Shown here: positions 1-10,431 of the stretch, piece after piece | Layout of the letters: each line of letters starts with the position of its first letter | How positions within the stretch are numbered: the first letter of the stretch is position 1 | Assembly: GCA_019359595.1 (NCBI GenBank) | Contig: JAHHGZ010000029.1 | Location: 253 to 64,252, forward strand | Source of the DNA: Cyanomargarita calcarea GSE-NOS-MK-12-04C | Lineage (GTDB): Bacteria; Cyanobacteriota; Cyanobacteriia; Cyanobacteriales; Nostocaceae | Length of the DNA: 64,000 bases | Direction: 5' to 3' | Translations under genes and position numbers: made by a program | Notes under the pieces: generated by a model | The model's database searches: none | Told to the model about the DNA's origin: nothing | The model's input: only the letters and a program-made list of their open reading frames with translations

Positions 1-136
1 TTATTAGAATTTTCTAATGTTGCTGACTTAGAAGCTTGGTTGAATCAACAAGAAAGATAATTAATTGGTTGATCGTGTTGAAGACATATCCCTCTCTAGG
101 CTGGGAGGGATATTTTATATTTTCAAGACAAGTAGA

Positions 137-2194
137 CTAATTTGCATTCACAACCATTCCTAAAATATTCATCCGTCCAATTTTCAAGCTATCTAAAGCT
201 TGCACCAATGACGAACTCTTTGTTTTATGTATTCTAGTTACCAGCACTACACCATCAGTGTATGGTGCAAGCAAGCTAGTATCAGCTAATCCCACCATTG
301 GAGGAGCGTCATAAATCACCAAATCGAACGCTTTCTGGAACTCCTCCATCAAATATTTCATGTTACTTGATGAGAGCAAATAAGTGGGATCTGCTGGTAT
401 TGGTCCTGCAGGGATTGCAGATAATTTACTCATCTGAGGTAATTGCTGGATTGCCTGATCGAGTGGCATTTCTGTAGAAATCAAATTACTTAATCCCCGC
501 TCGTTATCCAAATTACATAGCGAGTGAATCCGGGGACGGCGCAAATCTGCATCTACAAGTAATACTCGTAAACCCATAGATGTAGCGATTTGAGCTAAGT
601 GATAAGCAATAGTAGATTTACCTTCTCCAGCTACAGGTGAACTCACCACCAAAGAGCGAATCGGGCGATCGTCACCGACTAGTTGAATATTTGTATGCAA
701 TACTCGCAGCGACTCTACAAATTTTCCAGCTTTATAAGGGTATTGACTTTTTTTGATTCGCTTTTGTAATGGAATAATTCCTAACAGCGGCAGTGAAATT
801 TCTGCTTTGAGAGCATCAAGACTATGGTAAGTACTATCTTGCTTTTCAATGAGTAAAGCAACGCCAACTCCTAAAACTGAACTGGCAACAAATCCCATAA
901 TCAAATTACGTGGTATATTCGGAGATATAGGCGCTCCCGGTTTTACTGGTGGCTGAAATAATTCCCAGCGGATTTCTGTCTGCGCTCCTTGAATTTCCAA
1001 AATTTCGCGGGTAGTTTTAAAACGATTTAAACTCTCAGTTGCTGCCTGTAAGTCCCGCTGTAATTCATTATATTTTCGTGCCAGTTTTGGTAATTGCTCA
1101 ACTTTTTGTTTGAGTTGCTCTTCGGCTTTCGACAGTTCAGAACTCTGTACCTCTAAAGTTTGAACTTGAGTCGCCACCTCAGCATATTTCACCCCTACAA
1201 CTCGTTGTGCCTCTTGTTGTAGCAAAGGCAACAAATTTTCTCGTTTATCCTTTAAGCTTTGGATATTTGGGCTGTCTTCATTAAAACGAGCTAATTCTCC
1301 AGAAATCTGAGTTTCTAATTGACGCAACTGAATAATTAACTGTTGATACACAGGTGCGTCTTGTAAAGCTGCGAGTTTTCCCTGCTCTCCCTCTAAGCTG
1401 GTCAAATTAGCATGAGCTTTAGCCAACTCTTGATTAACTCCTAATCTTCGATCTGACAAAAGCCGAACTTGATTGATAATTTGATCTGCCTGAACTGTGG
1501 GATCGATAAATTCAGATTTTTGTCGGAAGAATTGTAAAGATTTTTGAAGAGAATCGACTTTATTTTGTAAAGGTTGTTGTTGCTTTTCTACAAATTTAGC
1601 TCCCTGACGAACCCGGCTTTGCCTCTCTTCACGACTGTACTTTAAGAAAGCCTCAGCAACTTCATCCAATACTACTTTAACGTCATTTTGGCTATTACTC
1701 TTATAACTAACTTCTATAATTTTTGTTTCGCCTAGACGTTTGATATTTAGAGATTTTGCCAGTGAATCATCGTCTATTGTTGGATGATTGACTTGTAATT
1801 TATTCACAATGCCCTTCATCAATTTAGGACTCTTTAGCACCCGAATTTGAGTATCGTAATCCAAAGCAGTCTGAGTTACATTACGCTCTTTATCTGGCGT
1901 GAGGGTTGACAAAGTGTTTTCGTCGCTAATCGGTTCTACTAAGAGTTGAAAACTACCTTCATATTCTGGTTTTTGCTTCAGCGTCACGTTTACAACAACA
2001 GCCATCAGAGCAGCAGTTATCCCTGTAATAACGAATGCTCGCCGTTTTAAAACTCCCACGAAATCACGTAAATTCCAATCATCACCTTCACCTTGAGATA
2101 AAGAAAAAGGTTGAGATGGCAGCGATGGTGATGGAAATACAAGTTTCCCGTTTCGATCGGAACTTGAAATTCCATTAGAAGAATTCTCAATCAT
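137..2194 (-). CDS. wzc: Wzc-like polysaccharide co-polymerase / BY tyrosine autokinase (GumC/ExoP/EpsB family)
   Basis: 685 aa. N-terminal Wzz-type region has one TM then a long coiled-coil, and a second TM. C-terminal P-loop kinase domain carries VVSSPVAGEGKSTIAYHLAQIA (Walker A) and LLVDADLRRPRIH. The C-terminus (..MVVNAN) lacks a tyrosine-rich tail. Confidence 0.85.
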   Translation of the reverse strand: MIENSSNGISSSDRNGKLVFPSPSLPSQPFSLSQGEGDDWNLRDFVGVLKRRAFVITGITAALMAVVVNVTLKQKPEYEGSFQLLVEPISDENTLSTLTPDKERNVTQTALDYDTQIRVLKSPKLMKGIVNKLQVNHPTIDDDSLAKSLNIKRLGETKIIEVSYKSNSQNDVKVVLDEVAEAFLKYSREERQSRVRQGAKFVEKQQQPLQNKVDSLQKSLQFFRQKSEFIDPTVQADQIINQVRLLSDRRLGVNQELAKAHANLTSLEGEQGKLAALQDAPVYQQLIIQLRQLETQISGELARFNEDSPNIQSLKDKRENLLPLLQQEAQRVVGVKYAEVATQVQTLEVQSSELSKAEEQLKQKVEQLPKLARKYNELQRDLQAATESLNRFKTTREILEIQGAQTEIRWELFQPPVKPGAPISPNIPRNLIMGFVASSVLGVGVALLIEKQDSTYHSLDALKAEISLPLLGIIPLQKRIKKSQYPYKAGKFVESLRVLHTNIQLVGDDRPIRSLVVSSPVAGEGKSTIAYHLAQIATSMGLRVLLVDADLRRPRIHSLCNLDNERGLSNLISTEMPLDQAIQQLPQMSKLSAIPAGPIPADPTYLLSSSNMKYLMEEFQKAFDLVIYDAPPMVGLADTSLLAPYTDGVVLVTRIHKTKSSSLVQALDSLKIGRMNILGMVVNAN

Positions 2195-3627
2195 TGATTT
2201 ATGCTCGGTGATAATACAGCCAGGATTTATATAACAGCTTGTTTCAAACTGCTTTCAACCAGAACAGGAATCCAAGGGATGACTGCAACTTGAATCGGGA
2301 TTTCAACAGCTTTTTCAGCGATTCACTGAAGTTTTAGCTGCTTGCGGTTGCTGACAAACAATAATTACATTACTTTTGTCAAGCATAGGATTCACTTCTA
2401 GATATATACCCTGGCTGAAATTAGCTTGATGCCTGCTGTGCCAAAGTCTGTTATGGGTTCAGACTAATTCACTATGACTGGATTCTGCTGACTCTTGTTA
2501 TTTGCGGCTGGTATTCTGCACCTGATGACCCAGAAGGTAAAAGCCACTAGTATTATAGGTGACGTTTACCCTCGTAGATATATTTACGGCTTTTTATGTT
2601 CTCGTATGTAAATTTAGCATAAAACATAAACTTTTATTTACTCTTTCAAGTTAAGGCTTATTTATGAAACTTTTAAGTTTGTGTTATTTAGATGAAGATA
2701 AAATTTTGTCAATATTTTAAATTTTACGTATCTTAAGTAAAGATATCGTAAAGTTTATACATTCCTGTATCAATCTACGCACACATTATGTAATTTAGAG
2801 TTTAGATTACGACAGAAAGCCTGGGTGTCTATTTTACCTACTGACTCAACCTCCTATTTGATAGATGCTTTGAGAAGGTTATCGTAAAACAACTGCGCGA
2901 TCAACATTCTGATTTATTACTGAGGTATTTACATCTTAATTACACAGCGGGTACCTTCGCGGGTACTATTAAAGTCAGAGTGATTTTCGTACAGTATGTA
3001 CGTAAGGGATTTATCTATATTCAGACACGATTACCAGAATGGAAAACGTTTAGCAGTATAAAATTGTGCCTCTGTAACAGGATTGAAATATAGATATTTA
3101 GCATAACTCATCTAATTGGAGTTTAAACTAAACAATTATTTTCCTTGCCTTTATTGTGTCCTTTGAAACATCTTGTGGGTGAAACCTCTTTTATTGATGG
3201 AGACATTGCATAAGTTAAATTGAGTCAGAACTATTACTTTGTTAGTACTGATAGTCAGACAATTTCACTCTCGAAAAAAGATGGCTAAAAGTTAAGTCTG
3301 TTCAAAGTCGGGTTCGCTGCTCTAACTGTGGCTGCTTTTTCTGTAGGTAGCCACCTGGGATTTATCTACCACAACTAAAATCAAGCCGAAATTATGGGAA
3401 ATGGAGATTTCAACTCCATCAGTTTTGGCTTGCCTGCTGTACTCTTGTTAACTCGGCGGTGTTACGTAGACCACTTTTGACTAATCTACATAGCTAATAC
3501 CGATTAGAAGTTTAGTATCGATGGCTGCGAATGCAATTTAACTCTCAACCGAAGTAAATCCAATTTAGATAATGCCTTGGGAAGTTCTAGAGCATTGTGA
3601 AAACATTTGAGCAGGACAACATAGCCG
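2195..3627. promoter_or_regulatory. 1.4 kb AT-rich non-coding leader/divergent promoter region between wzc (-) and the GT operon (+)
   Basis: No ORF longer than 78 aa, low GC, and it lies between divergently oriented EPS genes. No specific motif was identified. Confidence 0.3.
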
Positions 3628-5025
3628 ATGACATCCAACAAACGAGTTAAAAAAAGCTTCTTTCCCCGAACCGATCGCTCAGAAAACAATTCACAAAGGA
3701 TAAAAGATAAAAAGCCAAGAATCTCCAATAATGGGAACAAACCAGAGTTTTTTCCTCACCCTACAAACTCCGAAGCTGACAATCAGCAGTTGATCGGAAC
3801 TCGGCAAGCGATTAAATTGTCGGTTGTCACCCAGTTTTTTGCCCCAGATTTTGCCGCAACAGGTCAACTACTTGATGAATTAGTCAGACATTTGGGGAAA
3901 CAGGGAGTAGATGTTGAAGTGTTTACAGGTCAGCCCGGTTATGCGTTTCAGGCTAGCTATGCCCCTGCGGTAGAAAAAGCGGAACGAGTCAAAATTAGGC
4001 GATCGCGTGCTTCACAACTTTGGCCGGGACGAGTCCGGGGCAAAGCGATGAATGGTGTTTTGTTCACCCTGCGTGCTGTCTTACATATTATCAAGGCTCA
4101 TCGGCAGCACGATGTATTGTTAGTCACCACAGCCCCCCCATTTTTGCCGATTCTGGGTTATTTAGCTAATGTCTGTTTCAAAATGCCTTATGTTTGTTTG
4201 CTTTACGACCTTTACCCGGATATTGCGATCGCTTTAGATGTGATTCCCAAGCATCACTGGTTGGCAATATTTTGGCAGAACATCAATATGATGGTTTGGC
4301 GAAGAGCGCGATCAATAGTGGTTCTCAGCCCGAATATGAAACAGCGGATAGCGTCCATATGTCCGGAGATTGAAGATAAGATTGCGGTGATTCACAGTTG
4401 GGCAGATCCAGAAGCAATCCTACCCATTGCCAAGCAGGAAAACTGGTTTGCTTGGAAGCATCACTTAGTTAAAAAATTTACCGTACTTTATTCAGGGAAT
4501 ATGGGGCGGTGTCATGACATAGACACCATCCTGGAAGCTGCCAAACTACTAAGAGACGAGCCAATTCAATTTGTCTGCATTGGCAGTGGAGCAAAGCGGA
4601 AAGATTTAATCTCGGAAGTGAAGCAATTAGGATTAGAGAACTTCGTATTTCTACCGTACCAAGACAAACAAGTGCTACCTTATTCGATGACAGCCTGCGA
4701 TTTGTCTTTAGTAAGTGTAGATGCTGGGATGGAAGGTTTAGTAGCTCCGAGCAAACTTTACCCAGCTTTAGCCGCCGAACGAGCAGTGGCCGTGATTTGT
4801 TCAAAAGATTCATATCTTAGAGATGTGATTGCAGATGCCAAATGTGGAGGCACCTTTGAGAACAAAGACGCTTCTGCTCTGGCTAAATTTATTTACCATC
4901 TCAGTTGCGATCGCAAACTAGCAGAGAGTATGGGTAAGGCGGGGCGGAGATATTTGCAGTCAAATTTTACGCCTCAGATTATCGCCAAACAATACTTAGA
5001 CGTTCTGCGTAAGTCCATTTTTTAG
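3628..5025 (+). CDS. glycosyltransferase family 4 (GT-B fold)
   Basis: 465 aa. The GT4-like domain starts around residue 60 (IKLSVVTQFFAPDFAATGQL) and the C-terminal half is GT-B. The N-terminal ~60 aa is basic and low-complexity, so the true start is uncertain. Confidence 0.75.
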   Translation: MTSNKRVKKSFFPRTDRSENNSQRIKDKKPRISNNGNKPEFFPHPTNSEADNQQLIGTRQAIKLSVVTQFFAPDFAATGQLLDELVRHLGKQGVDVEVFTGQPGYAFQASYAPAVEKAERVKIRRSRASQLWPGRVRGKAMNGVLFTLRAVLHIIKAHRQHDVLLVTTAPPFLPILGYLANVCFKMPYVCLLYDLYPDIAIALDVIPKHHWLAIFWQNINMMVWRRARSIVVLSPNMKQRIASICPEIEDKIAVIHSWADPEAILPIAKQENWFAWKHHLVKKFTVLYSGNMGRCHDIDTILEAAKLLRDEPIQFVCIGSGAKRKDLISEVKQLGLENFVFLPYQDKQVLPYSMTACDLSLVSVDAGMEGLVAPSKLYPALAAERAVAVICSKDSYLRDVIADAKCGGTFENKDASALAKFIYHLSCDRKLAESMGKAGRRYLQSNFTPQIIAKQYLDVLRKSIF

Positions 5026-5113
5026 CTGGTGGATTAATGTCAGAAACCCGGATTTTTGGTTATTCCGAACGAAGTCACGAAAACAAAAGTGTGTATCCCG
5101 GAAAATTAATTTT

Positions 5114-6310
5114 ATGGTGCGCTTGGCTTATTTTGTTTCCCACCCGATTCAGTATCAGGCTCCTCTGTTGCGTCGGATTGCAGCAGATCCAGATATTGAC
5201 CTAGAAGTCTCTTTTTACAGTGATTTTTCCTTAAAAGCATACAAAGACCCTGGTTTTGGCAAGTCAATTAAGTGGGATGTACCACTCACAGAGGGTTACG
5301 GACACCAATTTCTAGACTGTTGGGGTAGCAAGCAACAGCGTAGTTGGTATCAACAACCGATTGCCAAAGACATCCGCAAGTATCTGAAACAAGGGCAGTT
5401 TGATGCCGTTTGGGTACATGGCTGGTCGTGGCTTTGCAGTCTACAAGCAATACTGGCAGCAGAAAATTTAGGAATTCCGATTTTGCTGCGTGGTGAGTCT
5501 AATGGTGTCAAGGAAACTGCTCATCCAGCCAAGAAAATCGCAAAGCAGACATTCTTAAACTGGTTATTTCCAAAAATTGCCGGGTTTCTCTACATCGGAA
5601 CTATGAATCGGCAGTTCTACCAAAGCTATGGCATTAACGAAGAGCGTCTGTTTCACGTACCCTACGCCGTTGATAATGACTACTTTGGGCAGCAAGCAGC
5701 GGATTCCCGTGCCAATCAACAAAAACTGCGTCAGTCATTAAACTTAGAACCGGGCAGACCAATCATTTTGTATGCAGCCAAACTGATTGAAGTGAAGCGA
5801 CCGCAGGATTTGCTGGCTGCATATCAATTGCTCTCACCAGATGGAGTGCAAGAACCAGAACCTTATCTATTGTTTGTAGGTGACGGAGCATTAAGACCAG
5901 AGTTAGAAGAGAAAGCAAAAGCAACAGGCTGGAACTCAATTAGATTTTTGGGTTTCAGAAATCAGTCAGAAATACCTGCAATGTATGACTTGTGTGATGT
6001 GTTTGTCTTGCCTTCCAGTTTTGAACCTTGGGGGTTGGCAATCAATGAAGTGATGAATGCAGGCAAAGCTGTTGTTGTCAGCGACCAAGTTGGCTGCGCT
6101 CCCGATTTGGTATTAGAAGGACAAAATGGTCGGATTTTCCCTGTTGGAGATATCAAAGCTCTGGCTCTGGCAATGCAATGGGGAATTTGCAATCGCATTG
6201 AGGCCGGAGAAGTGAGCCGAAAGCACATCCAAAATTGGAGCTTTGAAGAAGATTTGTGCAGGCTAAAAACAGCTTTGAATCAAGTGAAGATAAAGGCAAT
6301 GGTGGATTAA
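5114..6310 (+). CDS. glycosyltransferase family 4
   Basis: 398 aa with an EX7E-type motif (EPWGLAINEVMNAGKAVVVSD) and GT-B architecture. Confidence 0.8.
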   Translation: MVRLAYFVSHPIQYQAPLLRRIAADPDIDLEVSFYSDFSLKAYKDPGFGKSIKWDVPLTEGYGHQFLDCWGSKQQRSWYQQPIAKDIRKYLKQGQFDAVWVHGWSWLCSLQAILAAENLGIPILLRGESNGVKETAHPAKKIAKQTFLNWLFPKIAGFLYIGTMNRQFYQSYGINEERLFHVPYAVDNDYFGQQAADSRANQQKLRQSLNLEPGRPIILYAAKLIEVKRPQDLLAAYQLLSPDGVQEPEPYLLFVGDGALRPELEEKAKATGWNSIRFLGFRNQSEIPAMYDLCDVFVLPSSFEPWGLAINEVMNAGKAVVVSDQVGCAPDLVLEGQNGRIFPVGDIKALALAMQWGICNRIEAGEVSRKHIQNWSFEEDLCRLKTALNQVKIKAMVD

Positions 6311-7354
6311 ATGCAGAAAGTTTTAATTGTTGGAGAAGTCTTAGAATTAGGTCGTACAGAAGAAGTTTACGGGCGAGGTTTTGCAGATTTTGGCTGCGAA
6401 GTCAAGCATTTTAATTGGACAGAAGCCGACCCGAGTTTTTTTGCTCGTTCTTTCAAAGATAAGTTGGCTTGGCGGCTAGGATGGCAGATGCTAGCAAGGT
6501 CAGCAAATCAAAAATTATTGCAGACAGCAAAGCAGTTTCAGCCTGATTTAACTTTAATCATTGCACCCAATTTAGTTCGACCTAAGAGCATCCAAGCTCT
6601 GAAAAAATACGGTTTAGTGTTTATCTTTTATACAGATAATCCCTTTGATTTGCATCATACTCATAGTAATGCTTGGGTTAGAAGTGGCTTTTCTCTGATT
6701 GATGCAGCCTTTATTTGGAGCCACGAACTTGTAGATAAGTTAACTGAAAATGGCGTTAAAAATGCCTTCTTTCATCCTTTCTGCAGCGATGTTCAATACC
6801 ATTATCCCAAAAAACAAAGTAACCCACTTTATGATGTAGCCTTTATTGGTAACTGGGACCCCAGCTACAAACGAGAGAAATATCTCAAAGCGATCGCTGA
6901 TTATCGTTTGGCAATTTGGGGGACAGATTATTGGGTGACTCGCTGTACAGAAACTTCCCTCCACAGCTTATGCAAGGGAACTTGTAGTTATAGCGAAATA
7001 CCTGAAATTTTGGGTTCTGCGAAAATGGGCTTAAATATTCTGCGTCCTCAGAATGAAATAGGTCACAATATCAGAACTTTTGAGATTCCGGCTTGTGGAG
7101 TTGTGACGATGAGCGAACGGAGTCAAGAATTGCTGAATCTATTTATAGAAGACAAAGAAGCTGTTTACTTTTCCAGTCCAGAGGAGTTGAAGCAGAAAGT
7201 AGAGTTTGTTTTGCAAAATGAAACTTTGGCGAAATCTATTGCTGAAGCTGGTTACAAAAAGGCACTAAGTTACACAATTAATCAGCGAATTGTAGAAATT
7301 TTTAACCTGTATACAAAAATGAAAAAATTGCCGGAGCTACAAGAACTTAGCTAG
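6311..7354 (+). CDS. CgeB-like glycosyltransferase (DUF3880 + GT1-like C-terminus)
   Basis: 347 aa. The C-terminal region (IPACGVVTMSERSQELLNLFIEDKEAVYF) resembles the CgeB/spore-maturation GT family. The start codon directly abuts the upstream stop (TAA-ATG). Confidence 0.55.
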   Translation: MQKVLIVGEVLELGRTEEVYGRGFADFGCEVKHFNWTEADPSFFARSFKDKLAWRLGWQMLARSANQKLLQTAKQFQPDLTLIIAPNLVRPKSIQALKKYGLVFIFYTDNPFDLHHTHSNAWVRSGFSLIDAAFIWSHELVDKLTENGVKNAFFHPFCSDVQYHYPKKQSNPLYDVAFIGNWDPSYKREKYLKAIADYRLAIWGTDYWVTRCTETSLHSLCKGTCSYSEIPEILGSAKMGLNILRPQNEIGHNIRTFEIPACGVVTMSERSQELLNLFIEDKEAVYFSSPEELKQKVEFVLQNETLAKSIAEAGYKKALSYTINQRIVEIFNLYTKMKKLPELQELS

Positions 7355-7501
7355 TCTACCTTTGCAGGCTCTATAGATTTCTTATAAAAGTGACAAGAAA
7401 TAAATAATTAACCGCAGATGAACACGGATGGACGCAGATGAAAAACACTTTTGGACTATTGTCTAATATAGGCTGTTTCCTTTCTTCCAACCCTTGAAAT
7501 C

Positions 7502-8698
7502 ATGAAAGTAACAGTTTCAGTTTTGGGTCGATTTCATGCCTTTAACCTCGCACAGCAGTTGCAGCAGAGAGGATATCTTCAGAGTTTAATTACTAGTTAT
7601 CCGAAATTTGCAGCGAAGAAATTTGGCGTTGATTCGGCTTTGGTTCGCTCTATTTGGCATTTAGAGTTATTGTCACGGGTTTGGCAGAAAACCCCAAGTA
7701 AAATTAAAGGCGATCGCAATCTCCAATTGTGGTTTTCTCAACAGTTTGACGAAGCCGCAAAGCACTATATTCAACCTAATTCTGACTTGTTTGTTGGTTG
7801 GTCGGGTATGTCGCTCGACTCATTGCAGCAAGCTCAGAAATTGGGAGTTTCAACAATAGTAGAACGTGGTAGCAGTCACATGACCTATCAAACGGAAATT
7901 TTGGAATCAGAATATGAGCGTTGGGGATTAAAGTTTACTGCCACTCATCCAGGAATTTACGAACGGGAATTACAGGAGTATGCCCAAGCTGATAAAATTG
8001 CGATTCCAAGCCTATTTGCCAAGCGTACTTTTTTGGAACAAGGTATACCAGAATCTAAGTTAATTCACGTACCCTACGGTACTTCTTTAAAAGAATTTTA
8101 CCCGGTTCCAAAAGAAGACAACATTTTTCGGGTAATTCACTGCGGTAGTATCTCTCTCCGCAAAGGAGTGCAGTATCTTCTCCAAGCTTTTTATGAATTA
8201 AATTTACCCGATGCCGAGCTATGGTTAGTCGGTACAGTTGACCCAGAAATCGAGCCATTCTTAACAAAATATCAAAGCGATCGCATTATCTTAAAAGGCA
8301 AGCATCCTCAAAATCAACTCCGGTACTTCTATTCCCAGTGTTCGGTATTTTGCATAGCTTCAATTGAAGATGGTTTTGGGATGGTGATTCCCCAAGCAAT
8401 GGCTTGTGGTTTACCTGTAATTCACACCACAAACACCGGTGGTGAGGATATTGTGCGACCTGGAATCGATGGTTTTTGCGTGCCTATCCGGGATGTGGAA
8501 GCACTCAAAGAAAAGATTTTATTCTGTTATAAAAATCCCGAACAACGGGCACAAATGGGGCAGAATGCATTAGAACAAGCTCGCAAATCTTTATCGTGGG
8601 ATGACTACGGTGAAAAAGCGATCGCTGCTTATGAAGGTGTTTTAGGACAAGTCTCAAAAAATGGAGAAAATCGTTGTCAAGTCTCACCAAATTTGTAA
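7502..8698 (+). CDS. glycosyltransferase family 4
   Basis: 398 aa with EDGFGMVIPQAMACGLPVIHTTNTGGEDIV (EX7E region). Confidence 0.8.
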   Translation: MKVTVSVLGRFHAFNLAQQLQQRGYLQSLITSYPKFAAKKFGVDSALVRSIWHLELLSRVWQKTPSKIKGDRNLQLWFSQQFDEAAKHYIQPNSDLFVGWSGMSLDSLQQAQKLGVSTIVERGSSHMTYQTEILESEYERWGLKFTATHPGIYERELQEYAQADKIAIPSLFAKRTFLEQGIPESKLIHVPYGTSLKEFYPVPKEDNIFRVIHCGSISLRKGVQYLLQAFYELNLPDAELWLVGTVDPEIEPFLTKYQSDRIILKGKHPQNQLRYFYSQCSVFCIASIEDGFGMVIPQAMACGLPVIHTTNTGGEDIVRPGIDGFCVPIRDVEALKEKILFCYKNPEQRAQMGQNALEQARKSLSWDDYGEKAIAAYEGVLGQVSKNGENRCQVSPNL

Positions 8699-10170
8699 AA
8701 GGAAGTGTACTTTTAAGCATTGCGAGCGTGGTTGTGCGCTTGTCAGGGATGTTAGTGCTGATTCCATTGGCACGAATGCTAGGAGCAGAACAGTTAGGAA
8801 TCTACAGTCTGGTGTTTTGGATGGTGCAATGCAGCACATCTGTAGGTATGTTAGGAGTCGATGTTGCAATGCATCGCAATGGGGCAAAACTTTATCAAAC
8901 CGATCCCATTGCTACCGGTCGCTTGCTGGGAACCGGGACACTACTGATGGGGACAAGTTTCACAACTCTTGCTCTCTCCTTGTGGATTTGGAGACTACCT
9001 TTAGCAGAGCATTGGATTGTCAATGTATCTGCTGCACGGTGGTTTGGTTTTGCCGCAGTGATGTTGCTCCTCGAAGGCATTGGTTTGATTGGCATGACTT
9101 TGCTCTTGAGTTTGCATCGCTTCCGGGAACACTCCTTAGCCACAGCCGCAGGAGCATTCGGAAGGTTACTGCTCTCTCCCCTCCTCGCATTAAACTACGG
9201 GTTAGCCGGAGCATTACTCGGCTTAACTCTGGCATCTTTTTTGCAATGCATAACAGCTTGGATCATCTTCTCTCGCACCAAAAAGCAGTATGGCATTCAC
9301 TTGAGTTGCAAAGGATTTTGGAAAGAAAGCCGCGAAATTTTCCAGTTTGGCATGCCTTTCTGGGCTGGTAACGCTTTGATTGCCTTGTTGACAATACCGA
9401 TTATGGGAGAAATTGGACGTGTAGCCGGAGTCGCAACCTTGGGACAAATGCGAATAGCTCAATCCCTAAGCCAAATAGTCAACTTTTTACCCGGAGCGAT
9501 CGCACCTGTTGCCATCTCAGTTTTGTCAGAAACTTACACCACAGAAAGCGACGATCGAGAATTTCGTCGATTGCGATCGCTTCATCTCCGTGGTAATTGG
9601 CTTCTAGCCTTAACCCTTGTTGTCTTTCTCAGTATAACCAGCCGTCCACTCATTCAGTTGCTATTTGGCGATGCTTATCAAGCAGCCGTTCCTCTAGTAA
9701 TTGGCATGGGTTGGGTATCACTAATGGTTGTGATTGTAGAAAACCTCAATCTGTACAGCCTCACTGCTGGAAACACAGGTTTAATTGCCATTGGTTCCAT
9801 TCTCCAAAAAGTTGCCTTTATTGGTCTAACATTCTGGTTAATTCCCTTAGCTGGTGGCATCGGTTTCGTTATTTCACTCTTTATCGGTTATGTAGTTCAA
9901 CTATTAGCCATCGTCACTGGACTTTGGCGAAACTTAGAAAAAACCCTCAAAGAAAACTTTTGGGTTCTTTCACTCTGGAGCGCTTTAATGTTTGGCATAG
10001 TTTATGGAACAATCTCCTTAAATTTGCCAACAATACTTACTTTATTTATCTCAATTCTATTTTCCTCAATTAATGCTGTTGTAGTTATATTGCTAGTTTT
10101 CACAAAAAACGAAAAACTTTCTCTGCAAAAAAATGTAGTTGCTTTGATAAACAAAAGGTTAAACCGATGA
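8674..10170 (+). CDS. wzx: Wzx-type oligosaccharide flippase (MOP superfamily polysaccharide biosynthesis protein)
   Basis: 498 aa with about 12-14 predicted TM helices throughout. It sits in the EPS locus and overlaps the upstream GT by 25 nt. Confidence 0.7.
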   Translation: MSSLTKFVKGSVLLSIASVVVRLSGMLVLIPLARMLGAEQLGIYSLVFWMVQCSTSVGMLGVDVAMHRNGAKLYQTDPIATGRLLGTGTLLMGTSFTTLALSLWIWRLPLAEHWIVNVSAARWFGFAAVMLLLEGIGLIGMTLLLSLHRFREHSLATAAGAFGRLLLSPLLALNYGLAGALLGLTLASFLQCITAWIIFSRTKKQYGIHLSCKGFWKESREIFQFGMPFWAGNALIALLTIPIMGEIGRVAGVATLGQMRIAQSLSQIVNFLPGAIAPVAISVLSETYTTESDDREFRRLRSLHLRGNWLLALTLVVFLSITSRPLIQLLFGDAYQAAVPLVIGMGWVSLMVVIVENLNLYSLTAGNTGLIAIGSILQKVAFIGLTFWLIPLAGGIGFVISLFIGYVVQLLAIVTGLWRNLEKTLKENFWVLSLWSALMFGIVYGTISLNLPTILTLFISILFSSINAVVVILLVFTKNEKLSLQKNVVALINKRLNR

Positions 10171-10431
10171 AATTGAAAAATTCCCTCCTATTCTCTTATT
10201 TGCAGAAGAGTATCTACAGCAAATTTCAACTTTGTGAGGTACAGAAATACCCCTCCCCAACCCTCCCCTTGCCAAGGGGAGGGGGTGTACTTCATTTACT
10301 TGCAAAGTGCTGTATGAATTAACCACGAAGACGCAATAGGCGCTTTGCGGTTAATCAAAAAAAAGCCCTCACCACCAATAAAAAATCCCCTAACCAGTGC
10401 ATCAATCTAATTTCCAAACCTCCGAAAAAAT

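Noticed and set aside
3504-3740. 78-aa minus-strand ORF overlapping the start of the first GT
   Set aside because: It has no motif and is antisense to, and overlapping, a GT start region. It is likely spurious.
8661-9371. 236-aa ORF overlapping the 5' part of the flippase gene in another frame
   Set aside because: It has Cys/Arg-rich odd composition and no motif. The overlapping frame 8674-10170 encodes a coherent 12-TM flippase.
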